DNA from: Balanoglossus misakiensis
Lineage: Eukaryota; Animalia; Hemichordata
Assembly: GCA_040954595.2 (NCBI GenBank)
Contig: JBECUI020000033.1
Coordinates: 62,001-126,000, forward strand
Reading direction: 5' to 3'
Length of the DNA: 64,000 nt
A program made the position numbers and the translations under genes. The notes beneath the pieces are model-generated. The model was not told the DNA's origin. It did not search any database and saw only the letters and a program-made list of their open reading frames with translations. This document shows, piece by piece, positions 23,791 through 34,360 of this stretch; within the stretch, counting starts at the first letter, position 1, and every line of letters starts with the position of its first letter.

Positions 23791-24080
23791 TTTCCCTGAA
23801 TCGGGAACCCTCCAAGTTCACTTTGAATTGTTTCTTTCATCTTGCGGACAGCCCCCACAAAGGCAGCTTGAACCAATTCCTCAAGCATCTTCACGTCTTT
23901 GGGATCAACAGCCATCGGATCAATAGAAACCTGAACGGCCTCCATTTCCCCATCAATGGTCACCCGGACTAAATCTCCACCTGCGGCCCCATCTGCCCTG
24001 AGTTTCTTGAGTTTTTCTCGGACGTTTCCCATCTGCGATTGGAAATTTTTAATATTCTTTAGGATATCAAAAGGATTCAT
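23763..24080 (-). CDS. ybaB: YbaB/EbfC nucleoid-associated protein
   Basis: GAAGGDLVRVT, D..MLEELV.AA; located between dnaX and recR. Confidence 0.93.
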   Translation of the reverse strand: MNPFDILKNIKNFQSQMGNVREKLKKLRADGAAGGDLVRVTIDGEMEAVQVSIDPMAVDPKDVKMLEELVQAAFVGAVRKMKETIQSELGGFPIQGNFPEHRSNS

Positions 24081-24089
24081 AGTTTCCCT

Positions 24090-25802
24090 CTAAGCTGTAG
24101 AATGACTAATAACCTGTCCACGGAAGACCTGTTTGACCAAGTTGACCCTGGGACCAATCATGGAATCGTTGGATTCAGTGTTCGGATCTTCTACTGTTTC
24201 AACAAGCAAACGTACAGGTCCATAACCTTCTTTAACAGCGATCTTCTCAATATATTTCACTTCTTTTTTTACAACCATGGCCTCATAGGAAGATGAAAAA
24301 CTAAGCGTTAATTTTTCATCTTCCCAAGACCATTCCTTTGCCTTTTTCAGAGCCGATCTTAAAGTAAGGTTTTGTCGACGTAGGAGCTCCAGTAAATGCT
24401 CCCTAAAAGCTTCTCTGTTTTTAGGGGGGATACCCTTTGAAACCGCAACTTCCTGACCTGAAGCAGCTCCTTGTTTACTTGTTGGCGTTTCTATTGCATG
24501 GGCGCTTCCTGTGGAGCCAGGACTCAGGTCGGGGGGAACCTTCTCAATCTTGCCAGGGGGGAGAGGCTCTTGGAATTGCCGAAGAAATGATTCAGCCTTT
24601 GCCCCAGGAGAATTTTTATCCTCTGTTGAAGCACTGTGTTCTAAGCCATCCCAAACACCAGTAAGCAGCTCCTTACGAAGAAGAGTTAACCTTTTTAAGA
24701 CATCGGCCGCACTTAAACGGTCTTTCAGGGCAGAAAGCTTTCCGATAAGGAGTTCCAATTCATAGCGTGGATCCAGTGAATATCGAATATCCCGGTAAAG
24801 ATTGAGAATCTCCTCAAAAATCGCTTCAATACGTGAAGAATCCCAACCTGTTGTTAAAACAGGGAGAAGTTTCTCAGGAGACCTACCCAAAAGAGTTTCC
24901 TTCTTGACCCCCAAACTCAGAAGCATCAGGCTTCTAAGAAAGTTTGCCAGTTCAATGAGAACCTGTTCGACAGCTACTCCAGAATTTAAAATCTCATCAA
25001 GGTTTTCCAAGGCAGCACTCCGGTTCCCCTCGGCTGCAGCAGTAACCAGAACCACAATGCGGTCCACCCCTACCAGTCCCATCTTTTCCTGGATTTCTTC
25101 AATCGTAATGTTCTCTTTTGAAAAAGAGACCACCTGATCCAAAAGAGTGTAGGCATCTCGAAGGGATCCCGTGGACTCCTGGGCTATCCAGAGTGACGCT
25201 TCGGGTTCTATGGATCGGTCCATCTCCTTTGCTGCCTGGATAACTTTATCACGGACCAGCTCTGTGGAAATAACACGAAAGCGGAACTGTTGGCAGCGTG
25301 AACGAATGGTCGCCGGAACCTTCTGGACTTCAGTCGTGGCAAAAATAAAAACAATATAGGGAGGAGGTTCCTCGATACTCTTCAAAAGCGCATTGAAGGC
25401 ACTCTTGGAGAGCATGTGGACTTCGTCTATTATGTAAATTTTTTTCGCACAACCCTGGGGGGAGTAGAGAAGCTCATCCCGAATCTGCCTCACGTCATTG
25501 ACACTGGTGTTTGAGGCCCCATCAATTTCGATAACATCGGGAGAGACCCCCCCAGCAATATCCTGGCAAGGTCCGCAGTTTCCACAAGGGCTTGCCGTTG
25601 GTCCCTCAGCGCAGTTCAGGGAACGGGCTACAATCCTTGCGGCAGAAGTTTTTCCGACCCCCCGCGGACCGGAAAAAAGATAAGCATGAGCTATCCGGCC
25701 TGTTTCAATAGCATTCCTAAGGGTTGAGACAACAAACTCCTGACCAACCATTTCCTTAAGGCTTGTCGGCCTCTTACGAGTTGCGGTAACCTCAAAATCC
25801 AT
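24090..25802 (-). CDS. dnaX: DNA polymerase III subunit gamma/tau
   Basis: AHAYLFSGPRGVGKT, EIDGASN, IDEVHML, TIRSRCQ. Confidence 0.98.
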   Translation of the reverse strand: MDFEVTATRKRPTSLKEMVGQEFVVSTLRNAIETGRIAHAYLFSGPRGVGKTSAARIVARSLNCAEGPTASPCGNCGPCQDIAGGVSPDVIEIDGASNTSVNDVRQIRDELLYSPQGCAKKIYIIDEVHMLSKSAFNALLKSIEEPPPYIVFIFATTEVQKVPATIRSRCQQFRFRVISTELVRDKVIQAAKEMDRSIEPEASLWIAQESTGSLRDAYTLLDQVVSFSKENITIEEIQEKMGLVGVDRIVVLVTAAAEGNRSAALENLDEILNSGVAVEQVLIELANFLRSLMLLSLGVKKETLLGRSPEKLLPVLTTGWDSSRIEAIFEEILNLYRDIRYSLDPRYELELLIGKLSALKDRLSAADVLKRLTLLRKELLTGVWDGLEHSASTEDKNSPGAKAESFLRQFQEPLPPGKIEKVPPDLSPGSTGSAHAIETPTSKQGAASGQEVAVSKGIPPKNREAFREHLLELLRRQNLTLRSALKKAKEWSWEDEKLTLSFSSSYEAMVVKKEVKYIEKIAVKEGYGPVRLLVETVEDPNTESNDSMIGPRVNLVKQVFRGQVISHSTA

Positions 25803-26311
25803 AAGAACTCAATCATAACTTAAAAAAGACAAGCTCTCAACCCTTTAACTTAGGCTTCCCTTGCTGTTATTCTCCACTATTCTTCATTTTGGAAAAGCTT
25901 TCTCTTTAAAGTTAACCAGAGCCTCAGTTTTATTGCCTGATTCTAAGCCTTTCCGGCGGAAGCATAAGCCTCAGAATTGCAAACAGCATACTTCCGCATC
26001 AAAAGAAACACAGGCCCCCCTCCCCTGATTATCATGGAGAAGTATTGGAGAAACGAGATTGTCCTATCATGGATAGGAGAAGCATATTTCTCCATGTAAA
26101 CTTGAATGAGGAAATTCACCAATATAAAATTTCCTCTTATGACTGGTTATTTATGACTGGTTATTTTGTCTGACTAGAAAAACAAACTGGAGAAGTTCAG
26201 AAGAGCCCCCCCTGGTTTCACTCAAAAAAAGCGATACGATCAGAATCCTATAACCTCGATTTCTCATCGAGACAGATCCACGTGTAGTCGAGAGTGTTTT
26301 AAAAATAAAAA

Positions 26312-26429
26312 CCCCCACCCGTTCCAAGCCGATCTCATACAGAGGACCAAACGCTTACCGCTGCTACCTTCCGATCCTGACGGGGTTGGGCGCCGACCTC
26401 TCATGAGGGACCTGGAAATCAAGTGGGGG
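26312..26429 (-). ncRNA. ffs: Signal recognition particle RNA (small type)
   Basis: Minus strand carries domain IV GTCAGGATCGGAAGGTAGCAGC within a long hairpin closed by CCCCCAC/GTGGGGG; upstream of dnaX. Confidence 0.92.
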
Positions 26430-26435
26430 CAAATA

Positions 26436-26522
26436 CGGAGCGGGAGGGATTCGAACCCTCGGTACCTTGGTAGATACACACGCTTTCCAAGCGTGCACCT
26501 TCGGCCACTCGGTCACCACTCC
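26436..26522 (-). tRNA. tRNA-Ser(GGA)
   Basis: Anticodon arm CACGC-TT GGA AA-GCGTG, long variable arm, GGTTCGAATCC; CCA not encoded. Confidence 0.96.
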
Positions 26523-26531
26523 TAAACCACT

Positions 26532-26619
26532 CGGAGAGAGAGGGATTCGAACCCTCGGTACCGGAATCCGGTACAACGGATTTCGAGTCCGCCCGATTCA
26601 ACCACTCTCGCATCTCTCC
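26532..26619 (-). tRNA. tRNA-Ser(CGA)
   Basis: Anticodon arm GCGGA-CT CGA AA-TCCGT, long variable arm, TTCGAATCC. Confidence 0.96.
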
Positions 26620-26625
26620 TGACAG

Positions 26626-26699
26626 CATGCCCAAGAGGACTCGAACCTCTGACCTTTAGGTCCGCAACCTAACGCTCTATCCATCTGAGCTATGAGCAC
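26626..26699 (-). tRNA. tRNA-Arg(GCG)
   Basis: Anticodon arm TTAGG-TT GCG GA-CCTAA, D-loop AGATGGATA, GGTTCGAGTCC. Confidence 0.94.
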
Positions 26700-26711
26700 A
26701 TAAAACACAAT

Positions 26712-26797
26712 CGGAGAGGGTGGGATTCGAACCCACGGTACAGTTCCCCATACAACTCCTTAGCAGGGAGCCGATTCAACCACTCTCGCACCTCTCC
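26712..26797 (-). tRNA. tRNA-Ser(GCT)
   Basis: Anticodon arm GCTCC-CT GCT AA-GGAGT, long variable arm. Confidence 0.96.
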
Positions 26798-26838
26798 TCA
26801 ACACTTCAAGACAAGCTTCAGCTGAAAACCAGGTAACC

Positions 26839-26867
26839 AGCATATCTAAGAATTCAGTTTATGTCCA
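26839..26867 (-). promoter_or_regulatory. Putative promoter of the tRNA/ffs cluster
   Basis: TGGACA-17 bp-TATGCT on the minus strand ~40 bp upstream of tRNA-Ser(GCT). Confidence 0.5.
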
Positions 26868-27021
26868 GCCTCAAATATTTTCTTCCCGGTAATTTCTAAA
26901 GACAAGCATAATCCATTACCCCCTTATGACGAGCAACACGTGAAGCTCGCCCCTCAAATCAAGAAGTATTGACCACCTGGTTCAAAAAAATCATTGACTT
27001 GTTCCTTAGGAAACAACGTAT

Positions 27022-28728
27022 TCGGAATCAACCCCCCTTCTTGGTAGTAAACGATAAGAAGAATCTGCTTACTGTTTGCCAACCGCCTGCATACCCTTAT
27101 GGAGAACTTCCAAAATACCAATTGCCCACCCTACCCAGAGGCCCAAAGCAAAAAGCCAAGCTCCCCCCACGAGCTTCTCCCACTTCCAGCAAGTCTCTAG
27201 GCGCCCGGGCGGGCTTTACGGGGCTTCGGTCCTTACGGACCGCCTTCGGCGCCCCTCCAATCCCTGCGCAGGGCAATCCCCACACTCCCTTCAACGGCTA
27301 ACATCGGAATCAACCCCCCTTCTTGGTAGTAAACGATAAGAAGAATCTGCTTACTGTTTGCCAACCGCCTGCATACCCTTATGGAGAACTTCCAAAATAC
27401 CAATTGCCCACCCTACCCAGAGGCCCAAAGCAAAAAGCCAAGCTCCCCCCACGAGCTTCTCCCCACTTCCAGCAAGTCTCTAGGCGCCCGGGCGGGCTTT
27501 GCGGGGCTTCGGTCCTTACGGACCGCCTTCGGCGCCCCTCCAATCCCTGGCGCAGGGCCAATCCCCACACTCCCTTCAACGGCTAACATCGGAATCAACC
27601 CCCCTTCTTGGTAGTAAACGATAAGAAGAATCTGCTTACTGTTTGCCAACCGCCTGCATACCCTTATGGAGAACTTTCAAAATACCAATTGCCCACCCTA
27701 CCCAGAGGCCAAAAGCAAAAAGCCAAGCTCCCCCCACGAGCTTCTCCCACTTCCAGCAAGTCTCTAGGCGCCCGGGCGGGCTTTGCGGGGCTTCGGTCCT
27801 TACGGACCGCCTTCGGCGCCCCTCCAATCCCTGGCGCAGGGCCAATCCCCACACTCCCTTCAACGGCTAACATCGGAATCAACCCCCCTTCTTGGTAGTA
27901 AACGATAAGAAGAATCTGCTTACTGTTTGCCAACCGCCTGCATACCCTTATGGAGAACTTCCAAAATACCAATTGCCCACCCTACCCAGAGGCCCAAAGC
28001 AAAAAGCCAAGCTCCCCCCACGAGCTTCTCCCCACTTCCAGCAAGTCTCTAGGCGCCCGGGCGGGCTTTGCGGGGCTTCGGTCCTTACGGACCGCCTTCG
28101 GCGCCCCCTCCAATCCCTGGCGCAGGGCCAATCCCCACACTCCCTTCAACGGCTAACATCGGAATCAACCCCCCTTCTTGGTAGTAAACGATAAGAAGAA
28201 TCTGCTTACTGTTTGCCAACCGCCTGCATACCCTTATGGAGAACTTTCAAAATACCAATTGCCCACCCTACCCAGAGGCCAAAAGCAAAAAGCCAAGCTC
28301 CCCCCACGAGCTTCTCCCCACTTCCAGCAAGTCTCTAGGCGCCCGGGCGGGCTTTACGGGGCTTCGGTCCTTACCGACCGCCTTCGGCGCCCCTCCAATC
28401 CCTGGCGCAGGGCCAATCCCCACACTCCCTTCAACGGCTAACATCGGAATCAGCCCCCCTTCTTGGTAGTAAACGATAAGAAGAATCTGCTTACTGTTTG
28501 CCAACCGCCTGCATACCCTTATGGAGAACTTCCAAAATACCAATTGCCCACCCTACCCAGAGACCAAAAGCAAAAAGCCAAGCTCCCCCCACGAGCTTCT
28601 CCCCACTTCCAGCAAGTATCTAGGCGCCCGGGCGGGCTTTGCGGGGCTTCGGTCCTTACAGACCGCCTTCGGCGCCCCTCCAATCCCTGGCGCAGGGCCA
28701 ATTCCCACACTCCCTTCAACGGCTAACA
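27022..28728. repeat. Tandem array B: 6 near-identical units of ~283-286 bp
   Basis: Unit starts TCGGAATCAACCCCCCTTCTTGGTAGTAAACG at ~27022, 27304, 27589, 27873, 28159, 28444; each unit contains the 71-bp REP-like element. Confidence 0.97.
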
Positions 28729-29114
28729 AGCAAACTCTCATACCCGTCCAGGCAAAAGCCCCCCCTTGGCCCCTTAAACAAAGAACCCCCTTAGCTACGG
28801 ACCAAGGGCGGGTCACCGGGGAATGTCTAGCCCCCAAAAACTTGACTGCTGTCCAGTCATGGCAGCCCTTTTTGTTCGTCACACTTCCTCCTGGAGGAAC
28901 GCCACTCCCCCGTCACCTACCCCTGAAGCCCTGCCGGTCCCAGGCCCTGAGTGCGCAGCATAGAATTCCCAGCATCAACAAAAGTCTAAGGTGCAACAGA
29001 TCCCAGGCCTCCCTTGCTCCCCAAGAACCAGCCTGCTCCTCCTTGTTGCTTGCCATACCTCCTTATCCCCCCCTTTTGAGCCCTCTGGAAAGTTCAGCCC
29101 CTTTAATTGTCCTT

Positions 29115-29732
29115 CTAAAGCTTTCCAGGTTCTATTGTCCTGAAGGTAAGATTTATCCTTGGGGTATGAATGGACTTTGTTTGAGGCAATCGATGGAGCC
29201 AATAAGTCTGTATGCTACCTTTCATCAGCAGAAGGCTGCCATGCTCTAAGACTTCTGAAACCACCTGTTTTGTTTCTTTGTGTTTAAAAGAAAATTTACG
29301 TTCTGCACCAAAACTCAAAGAAGCAATGGCCCCATTCTTCTTTAAATCTTTCTCCGCATCGCTGTGCCATCCCATCCCCTCGCTGCCATCATGATAAAGA
29401 TTGAGCAAACAAGAGTTATAATTCTCCCCACTTTTAACTTCCACAATATTTTTGAGTTCCAGAAGTTCTTCTGTCCAAGGCAGTGCTATCTTTGTAATCT
29501 TGGAATATGTGTATGGAAAAGACTCCTCTGCATACCAGGCAACCTTACGCTTGGTAACAACTTTCTCCCCCAGGATAATAGCCATATCATTTTTCCATAC
29601 AATATTCTTTAACAAAATCTCAAAATAATGATGGGCACTTCGCCTGGGCATAATAGTACCAAAATAATAAACCATGCCGTCATAAGGGAGAAGATTTCGA
29701 GGTTGTCTATCTATTGATCCAAAAAGATCCAT
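29115..29732 (-). CDS. alkB: AlkB-family 2-oxoglutarate/Fe(II) dioxygenase (ALKBH2/3-like)
   Basis: NSCLLNLY, HSD (HxD), HGSLLLM, WLHRLP, PRINLTFR. Confidence 0.92.
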   Translation of the reverse strand: MDLFGSIDRQPRNLLPYDGMVYYFGTIMPRRSAHHYFEILLKNIVWKNDMAIILGEKVVTKRKVAWYAEESFPYTYSKITKIALPWTEELLELKNIVEVKSGENYNSCLLNLYHDGSEGMGWHSDAEKDLKKNGAIASLSFGAERKFSFKHKETKQVVSEVLEHGSLLLMKGSIQTYWLHRLPQTKSIHTPRINLTFRTIEPGKL

Positions 29733-30406
29733 TCTTCTTTGTCTCTCCTCAAATTTTTTATCACAACCAACAAAGAAACGTTCCTGGTTTTGTGGTCCTG
29801 ACCCCACCTACTTCCCCAGCAGTTCCTGCGTTCCCAGCACTCAAAAACGGTGGAACTCAAGAGGGGGAAGTTGAACCCCTTAGAACCGTTTTCCGATAAT
29901 ACACCATGCATCGACGTCGTCACTCCATGATGTCTGAACATAAAAAACAGGCCAGTTCCCTACCAATGATATACCGACAATTTTCCTTTGCGCTATCGAT
30001 TGAGTAAGCATTCCATAGGCAGCGTCCTTTATGGCAAAGAAGAAGACCCCTACCGCATGTAATGCTCCTTCCACTCAATGCCATGCACTACACCACCTCC
30101 TGTTTTTCTGAAGTTAACGCCTGATGCCTCCCTTTCTGCTTAAGTCGACTGATGGCGACTTTTCTGACTTATATAAAGCCTGATACCAGCCCCCCGTCTG
30201 ATTCTTCGGCCATAAGACTACTTGATTGCTACAGTGTGCGGAGAAATCTAAGATAGCATCTCATCGCCACTCAATTTCATTAGCTACCATCTTTTTTTCT
30301 GGATATAGTATAATTCGCAGCATACTGAAAAATCGGCATATCTATGCTCGCCGATGCTACAGCTTAATGGGACTCTAGACCCCAAAAGTCTAGGAGGTGC
30401 TGGGGG

Positions 30407-30601
30407 CTAATCTAAGAACAAATCCTTCATAACGGGATGATAGTGTTTGACAGGGTCGTAAACTTTTGAGAAAATCTCTTGGCAAATATTGATATTGATG
30501 CGAAACGGATATTCTGGATACTTCCTTTGAACGAGTATGATAAGAATTAGAAAGATCAATACATACCGCCCGTAGTTGGCAAGTCTTCGTGGTTTCCGCA
30601 C
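30407..30601 (-). pseudogene. Possible remnant of a REP-associated tyrosine transposase (RAYT/IS200-like) N-terminus
   Basis: MRKPRRL...GRY start and MKDLFLD resemble RAYT N-termini recalled from memory; no HUH motif visible. Confidence 0.3.
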
Positions 30602-30817
30602 TCCTCTAAAGGATATGGAGAATTATACCGCTGTCGAAGGTGGCCTATTCCCTATGGCTGGGGAAAAGTGAGGACGGGGTACGAGCAATCTAGAGAGAGG
30701 GACGAATCTAGGTCTAGATAAGGAAGGGTCTTCCATGCTTGCCTGTGAGATGAGTAGACTAGGTAATGGAACGATAACAGAGGGTTCATAAAGGATCAGA
30801 ATGCCGGAGAGGAAATT

Positions 30818-33800
30818 ATGGGAAATAATAATCAAATATATAGAGAATATAGCTATACAAAAGCAATAAGTTTTCGTTTGGAACATCAAAAGGGCACATT
30901 GCCTGCCTCAGAAGAGCAAAAAGCTGATTTACAGAAGCTAATAGAACTTGGTAAAACACTCTATACGCAAATACGAAAATTCATCTTTATTGAAGATGAA
31001 TACGGCAACTTTAAAAAAGATAGACAGGGCAACAGGCGACTGGAACAATCTGTTTCTATTAAAAAAAAATGGCTTAAACTATATCTCAGAAATGATTTCT
31101 ATTCTCAAGGCAGGAAAAGGCAAACCGAATTTAATCTACCCAATTTTCCCTATCTCATAACGGCATTTCGAGAATGGCTTCATAATTGGAATAAATATCT
31201 GAAAGGATTGGAAAACTTAACCAAAGAACCTGACTATCAAAAAAGAAGACTCGTGGAAATTGCCGATATTTTGGCACAGATAAACAGCAAGAAAGTTTTT
31301 CCCTTTGTTAAAGATTTCATAGAACATTCCAATCATAAAAATGAACAGGAGTCACATCAGAATTTAGAAAAGACAAGCCAAGAATTGGAAAAGGCATTAA
31401 TGGCTTGTGGGGGAGAATATTTGTCGGAGCAAACAGTCGGTATGGTTGTCGCTCGAGCAAGCTTGAACGATTATGCGGTTCATCAGAATCCTAAAAACTA
31501 TAAAGAGATACTAGAAGAATTAGAAAGTAAGAAAGCTTTAGACGATGTAGAATATAGAGAGAAAAAAGGATACAAAGCAGCACAAAAAAGCAAACTTTAC
31601 AAACTGATCATTCAAGGGGAGAGTAAAGAAAAAATTAAAGAGGAATGCGAACTCTTTGCTGAAGACAATGACTATTGTCTGGATAAAGTTATAGAATTAA
31701 CTCAAGAAATCATTCAATTAAGCAAGAAAAGAGACAAAAGAAATAATTTGTCTTCAAAAACCAAAAAAGTAATCACACAATTCAAGATAGAGCGAGGGTA
31801 TTATTTCATCAGGGCCACAAGAGGCAAACCGCACAATAAATATTTCAGAAAATATTGGAATTATTGTACAGAATATAGAGAAGTTGTTCAAAGAAGGGGT
31901 AAGTTAAAAGCCCGTATAGCTAATATAAAGCGGGAAGAAAAAGAAAGTCAAAACCTTAAATATTGGTCACTCATTTTTGACGATGGTCGAGACAAATACT
32001 TATGGCTTGTTGCCAAAGATAACATAAAAAAAGCTAAGGAACTAATAGAAAGAAATTTTGTTGGTGAAGGTTGTGCTCTTCACAAAGTCCACTCTTTGAA
32101 CTACCGGAATTTACATAAACTCTGCTTTGCAGAAGAAAGTAGTTTTGTTGAAGAAATGCCTGATAGATTAAAGGAGTTGCAGCATAATGCCAAGAAAGCT
32201 ACTAATAATGAAAGCAATAGAAATTATCAAATAGGCAACACAAAAGATGACTTAGCTTTGAAATTTTTAAAAGAGGCCATAAGAAGCTATTATCTAGAAG
32301 GACATATCGATCTCAAATCTTTTGACATTTCTAATCTGCAGGATACAAAAACCCTTAGCAAGTTTGCAGAAACATTAGAAAAAGAGTGTTATAAGCTTAC
32401 GAGCATCCCTATTTCTAAGGAGGAAGCGCAAGATTTTGTCGATGAATGCAAAATATTGACCTTCCGGATCACCTCTTACGACTTGGAAAACAGAAACAAA
32501 AATACCCATCAGACACCGGAAAGCGATTACCGTAGGCAAACAAGGGAAGTGTGGCAGAAATTCTGGAATAAGGACGCAGGTCTTCGATTAAATCCCGAAA
32601 TAAAAATTCGTTACCGTCGTGGGAATGAGGAACTTGCAGAGTATATGCAAAACAAGGTTTCGATTTAGCTAAAGACAAAAATCGTTTTTTACAAGAACAA
32701 TACACCTGTAATATGACCTTTGAGCTCAATGCCGGTAACACACACCCCCAACTTGCTTTCGCAAAAACAGAAAATATATGTGAGGAGATAGACAAATTCA
32801 ATCAAGAATTTAACGAGAAATATTGGGAAAATTCCTGGAAGTACGGTATTAATAGGGGAAATATAGGTGAAACAACACTGTGCCTTGCTAAGTTTAATAG
32901 CAATGAACTCTATTATCACAATGACAAACAATTTCTAAAGCCGAACTTTCCTCAGGGTGATAAGGATATTAAGGTCTATGAACTGAAAAAAGAACACTAC
33001 AATAAAGAAGCTGTTTCTGAGCTGGAGACTAAGCCAAGAGAAACACGTAAAGAAAAAAGGGTTATAGCTAATTTATCCTATTTTCTCGATAAGATAGAGG
33101 ATGAAACTTGGTTTGAAAAGAAATCCTGCACCTATATTGATTTGACAACCGCTAAAGTTATGAAGAACAAAATTATTTCAAACGGAGACATTCTCACTTT
33201 TTAAAACTCAAGAGAGAGGTAGCGAAACGCCTTTTATTTCACCACGTTGCCAGCAGCATAATTACAAGCGAAAACAAAGTATTAAAATGGGGAAGTGACA
33301 ATTTAGAAAAGCCTGAGTCGATTGGGCTTAGAATTTTTCCTTACGAAAAAGAAGATGTCATATATACTTATGAAGGTAAACTTGGGAGAAATTTTGACGG
33401 TTGTTGCTAGAAGAGAACCACACGTACTTGCGTGAAAATGTCCGACATGACTTGCAAGATTTTTTGGACAGTTTAGTAGAAGGAAAAACGAAATTCCAGG
33501 ATCAACAACAAACATGTACCTACGGCGAATAAGATTAAATACTTGCAGAATGCCTTAGTGGCGAACATGGTAGGAGTTATTTCTCATTTGCAGGAGGCTT
33601 ATCCGGGCTTTGTCATATTGAAAGATTTGGATGAAAAAACTTTGAATAACCATTTTGCCTCTTTAAATATTCATATTTCTCGACGATTGGAATGGTCTTT
33701 GATTAAAAAACTTCAAACACTTGGAAAAATTCCTCCCCATGTCAAAGATATTCTGGAGCTTAGAAACAAAACTCATTATGGACAAAAAAGGTTAATAAAG

Positions 33801-34358
33801 AAGGGAGCTAACTATAAATTTCATTGGTGGTTGAAAAGAGAGAACAATAAAAGCAGAAGTCATGAAGAAAAAGAACTTCAAAAAGAAAAATATTATCAAG
33901 AGGAAAATAGTAGAATTAAAGGAGAAGAGGATTTCTCTACACAAATTGGGGCATTGATTTTTATAGATGGAGATATAAACAGTACTGGATGCCCCTATTG
34001 TGGGAAGAAATTAAGTTGGGAACAAATAATATCACAAAATGAAAAGATTAAAGATGACCTGGAATTTAACTTGCATCGGTATATCTGTGGTTGCCATGAG
34101 GATCCACAGTGCTCTTTTGATACATATGATTTCCCTGGTGTTAAAAAAGAAAACATAAAAGAAGAGACAAAAAAATATATTGATGAATATAAAGAAAAAA
34201 CGAAGAAAATAAAAAATGATAATTTGTTTTTACAGGAAATCAATGATCCAAACAAAGTGGCTGCTTATAATGTTGTAAGGAAGATAAAAGAATATGAAAA
34301 GATAGGGAGACTTAAAATTCTTTCTTCCGACCGTCAATTTCCCAATCAAGATGAGTAG
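30818..34358 (+). CDS. cas12: Type V CRISPR effector, Cas12a2/Cms1 (Cas12a3-like) lineage, RuvC catalytic triad substituted; split by four apparent 1-bp deletions (~32655, ~33200, ~33402, ~33480)
   Basis: N-terminal YTKAISFRL, RLNPEIKIRYR, NRFLQEQY, RuvC-I YGINRG, NGDILTFLKLK, ANMVGVISHL, RuvC-II VILKDL, Zn ribbon CPYC..CGCHEDPQC, RuvC-III NDPNKVAAYNV; ~1180 codons when reassembled. Confidence 0.88.
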
Positions 34359-34360
34359 GG

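Noticed and set aside
26969-29249. Many 65-242 aa ORFs across array B
   Set aside because: Frames shift from unit to unit, the translations are low-complexity and Pro-rich, and no family motifs are recognisable.
29711-30400. Possible ogt/ada or IS remnant upstream of alkB
   Set aside because: No PCHR motif or transposase motif found; the similarity is too weak to support a call.
30818-34358. Calling the gene canonical Cas12a, TnpB, or a CAST (Cas12k)
   Set aside because: The zinc ribbon and ANMVGVI/NGDILT motifs fit the Cas12a2/Cms1 group; it is far larger than TnpB; there is no tnsB/tnsC/tniQ, and the neighbouring transposase is an ordinary IS256.
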